Of a DNA stretch of 64,000 nt, positions 63,685 to 64,000 are shown piece after piece (positions within the stretch are counted from its first letter, which is position 1; each line of letters begins with the position of its first letter). The stretch comes from Candidatus Nomurabacteria bacterium (lineage in GTDB: Bacteria; Patescibacteriota; Saccharimonadia; Saccharimonadales; CAIOMD01). The DNA lies in NCBI GenBank assembly GCA_020631975.1, contig JACKGO010000001.1, forward strand, positions 3,409 to 67,408. Reading direction: 5' to 3'. A program made the position numbers and the translations under genes. The notes beneath the pieces are model-generated. The model searched no databases and was not told the origin of the DNA. It saw only the letters and a program-made list of their open reading frames with translations.

Positions 63685-64000
63685 ATGATTTTACTGGATA
63701 GGGTAACAAAAAGTTATGGACGTAAAAGCGCAGCCTTAAAAGGTATTAATTTGCATGTAGAAAACAAAGAGTTCGTCGTTATTGTTGGCCAGAGTGGGGC
63801 GGGCAAATCTACTTTGCTTAAGTTACTAACGCGTGAAGAAAAACCATCGTCTGGCAAGATTATTGTTGGCGGCATAGATTACGATAAATTAAAAGATAAA
63901 AACGTGCCGTATTTACGCCGTAAAATTGGTGTGGTGTTTCAGGATTTTAAACTCATACAAAAGAAAACAGTGTTTGAAAACGTTGCGTACGCACTAGAAA
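63685..64000 (+). CDS. ftsE: Cell-division ABC ATPase FtsE-like, 3'-partial (runs off the window)
   Basis: It reads MILLDRVTKSYGRKSAALKGINLHVENKEFVVIVGQSGAGKSTLLKLL...FQDFKLIQKKTVFENVAYALE. TGGTATAAT ends 10 nt before the ATG. Confidence 0.8.
   Translation, partial: MILLDRVTKSYGRKSAALKGINLHVENKEFVVIVGQSGAGKSTLLKLLTREEKPSSGKIIVGGIDYDKLKDKNVPYLRRKIGVVFQDFKLIQKKTVFENVAYALE

Noticed and set aside
1-64000. tRNA, rRNA and tmRNA genes.
   Set aside because: No cloverleaf-like GTTCGAATC/T-loop context was seen in any intergenic region. The few GGTTCGAA-like strings lie inside well-supported CDSs. This was a by-eye scan only.

Overview
This 64-kb window looks like a chromosomal segment from a small-genome bacterium. 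Gene content suggests a CPR/Saccharibacteria-like organism, but that is inference only. The genetic code is standard: TGA ends serS and RF2 is present.

Layout:
- nt 1-21125: three giant repetitive surface-protein genes. The first is truncated by the window edge.
- 21.2-28.2 kb: parA-parB, lepB, an LCP-family protein, htrA and prmC.
- 28.2-33.06 kb: a roughly 4.8-kb AT-rich accessory island that splits the normally adjacent prfA-prmC pair. It carries an IS481-like element, paralogous small TM proteins, a membrane-anchored HExxH protein, orphan acidic proteins and a displaced copy of the prfA 3' end.
- 33-39.9 kb: prfA, rpmE, rpsB-tsf-frr-uppS-rseP and a CPBP protease.
- 39.9-42.7 kb: a type II R-M plus minimal-nucleotidyltransferase cassette bracketed by inverted copies of a 217-bp highly structured repeat. 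A solo copy lies between rpmE and prfA, and a partial copy lies at the cassette's right end.
- 42.8-64 kb: a MazG-like gene and orphan genes, then proS, greA, lysS, a CrtD-like/CruF-like pair, rsmE, a Cas4-like nuclease, serS, hpf, secA, an M16 peptidase, prfB, an ABC-2 exporter and the start of ftsE.

Most interesting signals:
- The structured repeat family shows compensatory stem changes and flanks the R-M cassette.
- A shared promoter box and an A-rich leader motif link the giant surface genes to the island genes.
- The prfA/prmC island has a duplicated prfA 3' end.
- Many -10 boxes directly abut ATG codons, suggesting leaderless mRNAs.

No tRNA, rRNA or CRISPR array was recognised by eye.
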